From Narcine bancroftii (Eukaryota), in assembly GCF_036971445.1 (NCBI RefSeq), contig NC_091476.1, positions 26,598,001-26,662,000 of the forward strand: a DNA stretch of 64,000 bases, in the 5' to 3' direction. The notes beneath the pieces are model-generated. The model saw nothing but the letters and a program-made list of their open reading frames with translations, ran no database searches and was not told the origin of the DNA. The position numbers and the translations under genes were made by a program. Below, one piece after another: positions 63,829-64,000 of the stretch. The number at the start of each line of letters is the position of its first letter. The stretch's first letter is position 1.

Positions 63829-64000
63829 GGAGAAGGATAAACAAGAAAATTAATTGCAAAAAAAAAATGAATATATTATAAAATCATACAATCAATGTGA
63901 TCATTCTTTTATCATGTCTTTGGCAGTCAAGAAAGGAACTATTTCTTTCACTTTCCAACTTTTGGATACGGGTTTTTAAATGTTCATCTGAGGACCTTTC

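Overview
AT-rich, CpG-depleted eukaryotic DNA. The repeat set (HE1-type SINEs, HER1/CR1, Rex1/Babar, L1/Tx1, RTE, Penelope) suggests a cartilaginous fish, probably a ray; this is an inference. I recognise no host protein-coding gene, rRNA or tRNA gene. Every recognisable ORF is a decayed transposable-element fragment, so the window reads as intronic or intergenic DNA with many nested insertions, two solo LTRs, hAT/Tigger/Harbinger/Chapaev3 DNA-transposon remnants and one 135-N gap. The most unusual structure is a cluster of short, locally copied segments between about 22 and 47 kb: a 96-bp unique segment pasted into a young CR1, a 152-bp copy of one specific neighbouring SINE flanked by a 19-bp duplication, an inverted ~280-bp copy of a neighbouring Rex1, an older ~165-bp duplicate split by a Rex1, and a fold-back SINE. 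Also notable are palindromic Penelope termini with decayed hammerhead-ribozyme cores and a CpG-rich patch with CRE motifs near 63 kb. TE boundaries were read by eye and are approximate unless stated as exact.
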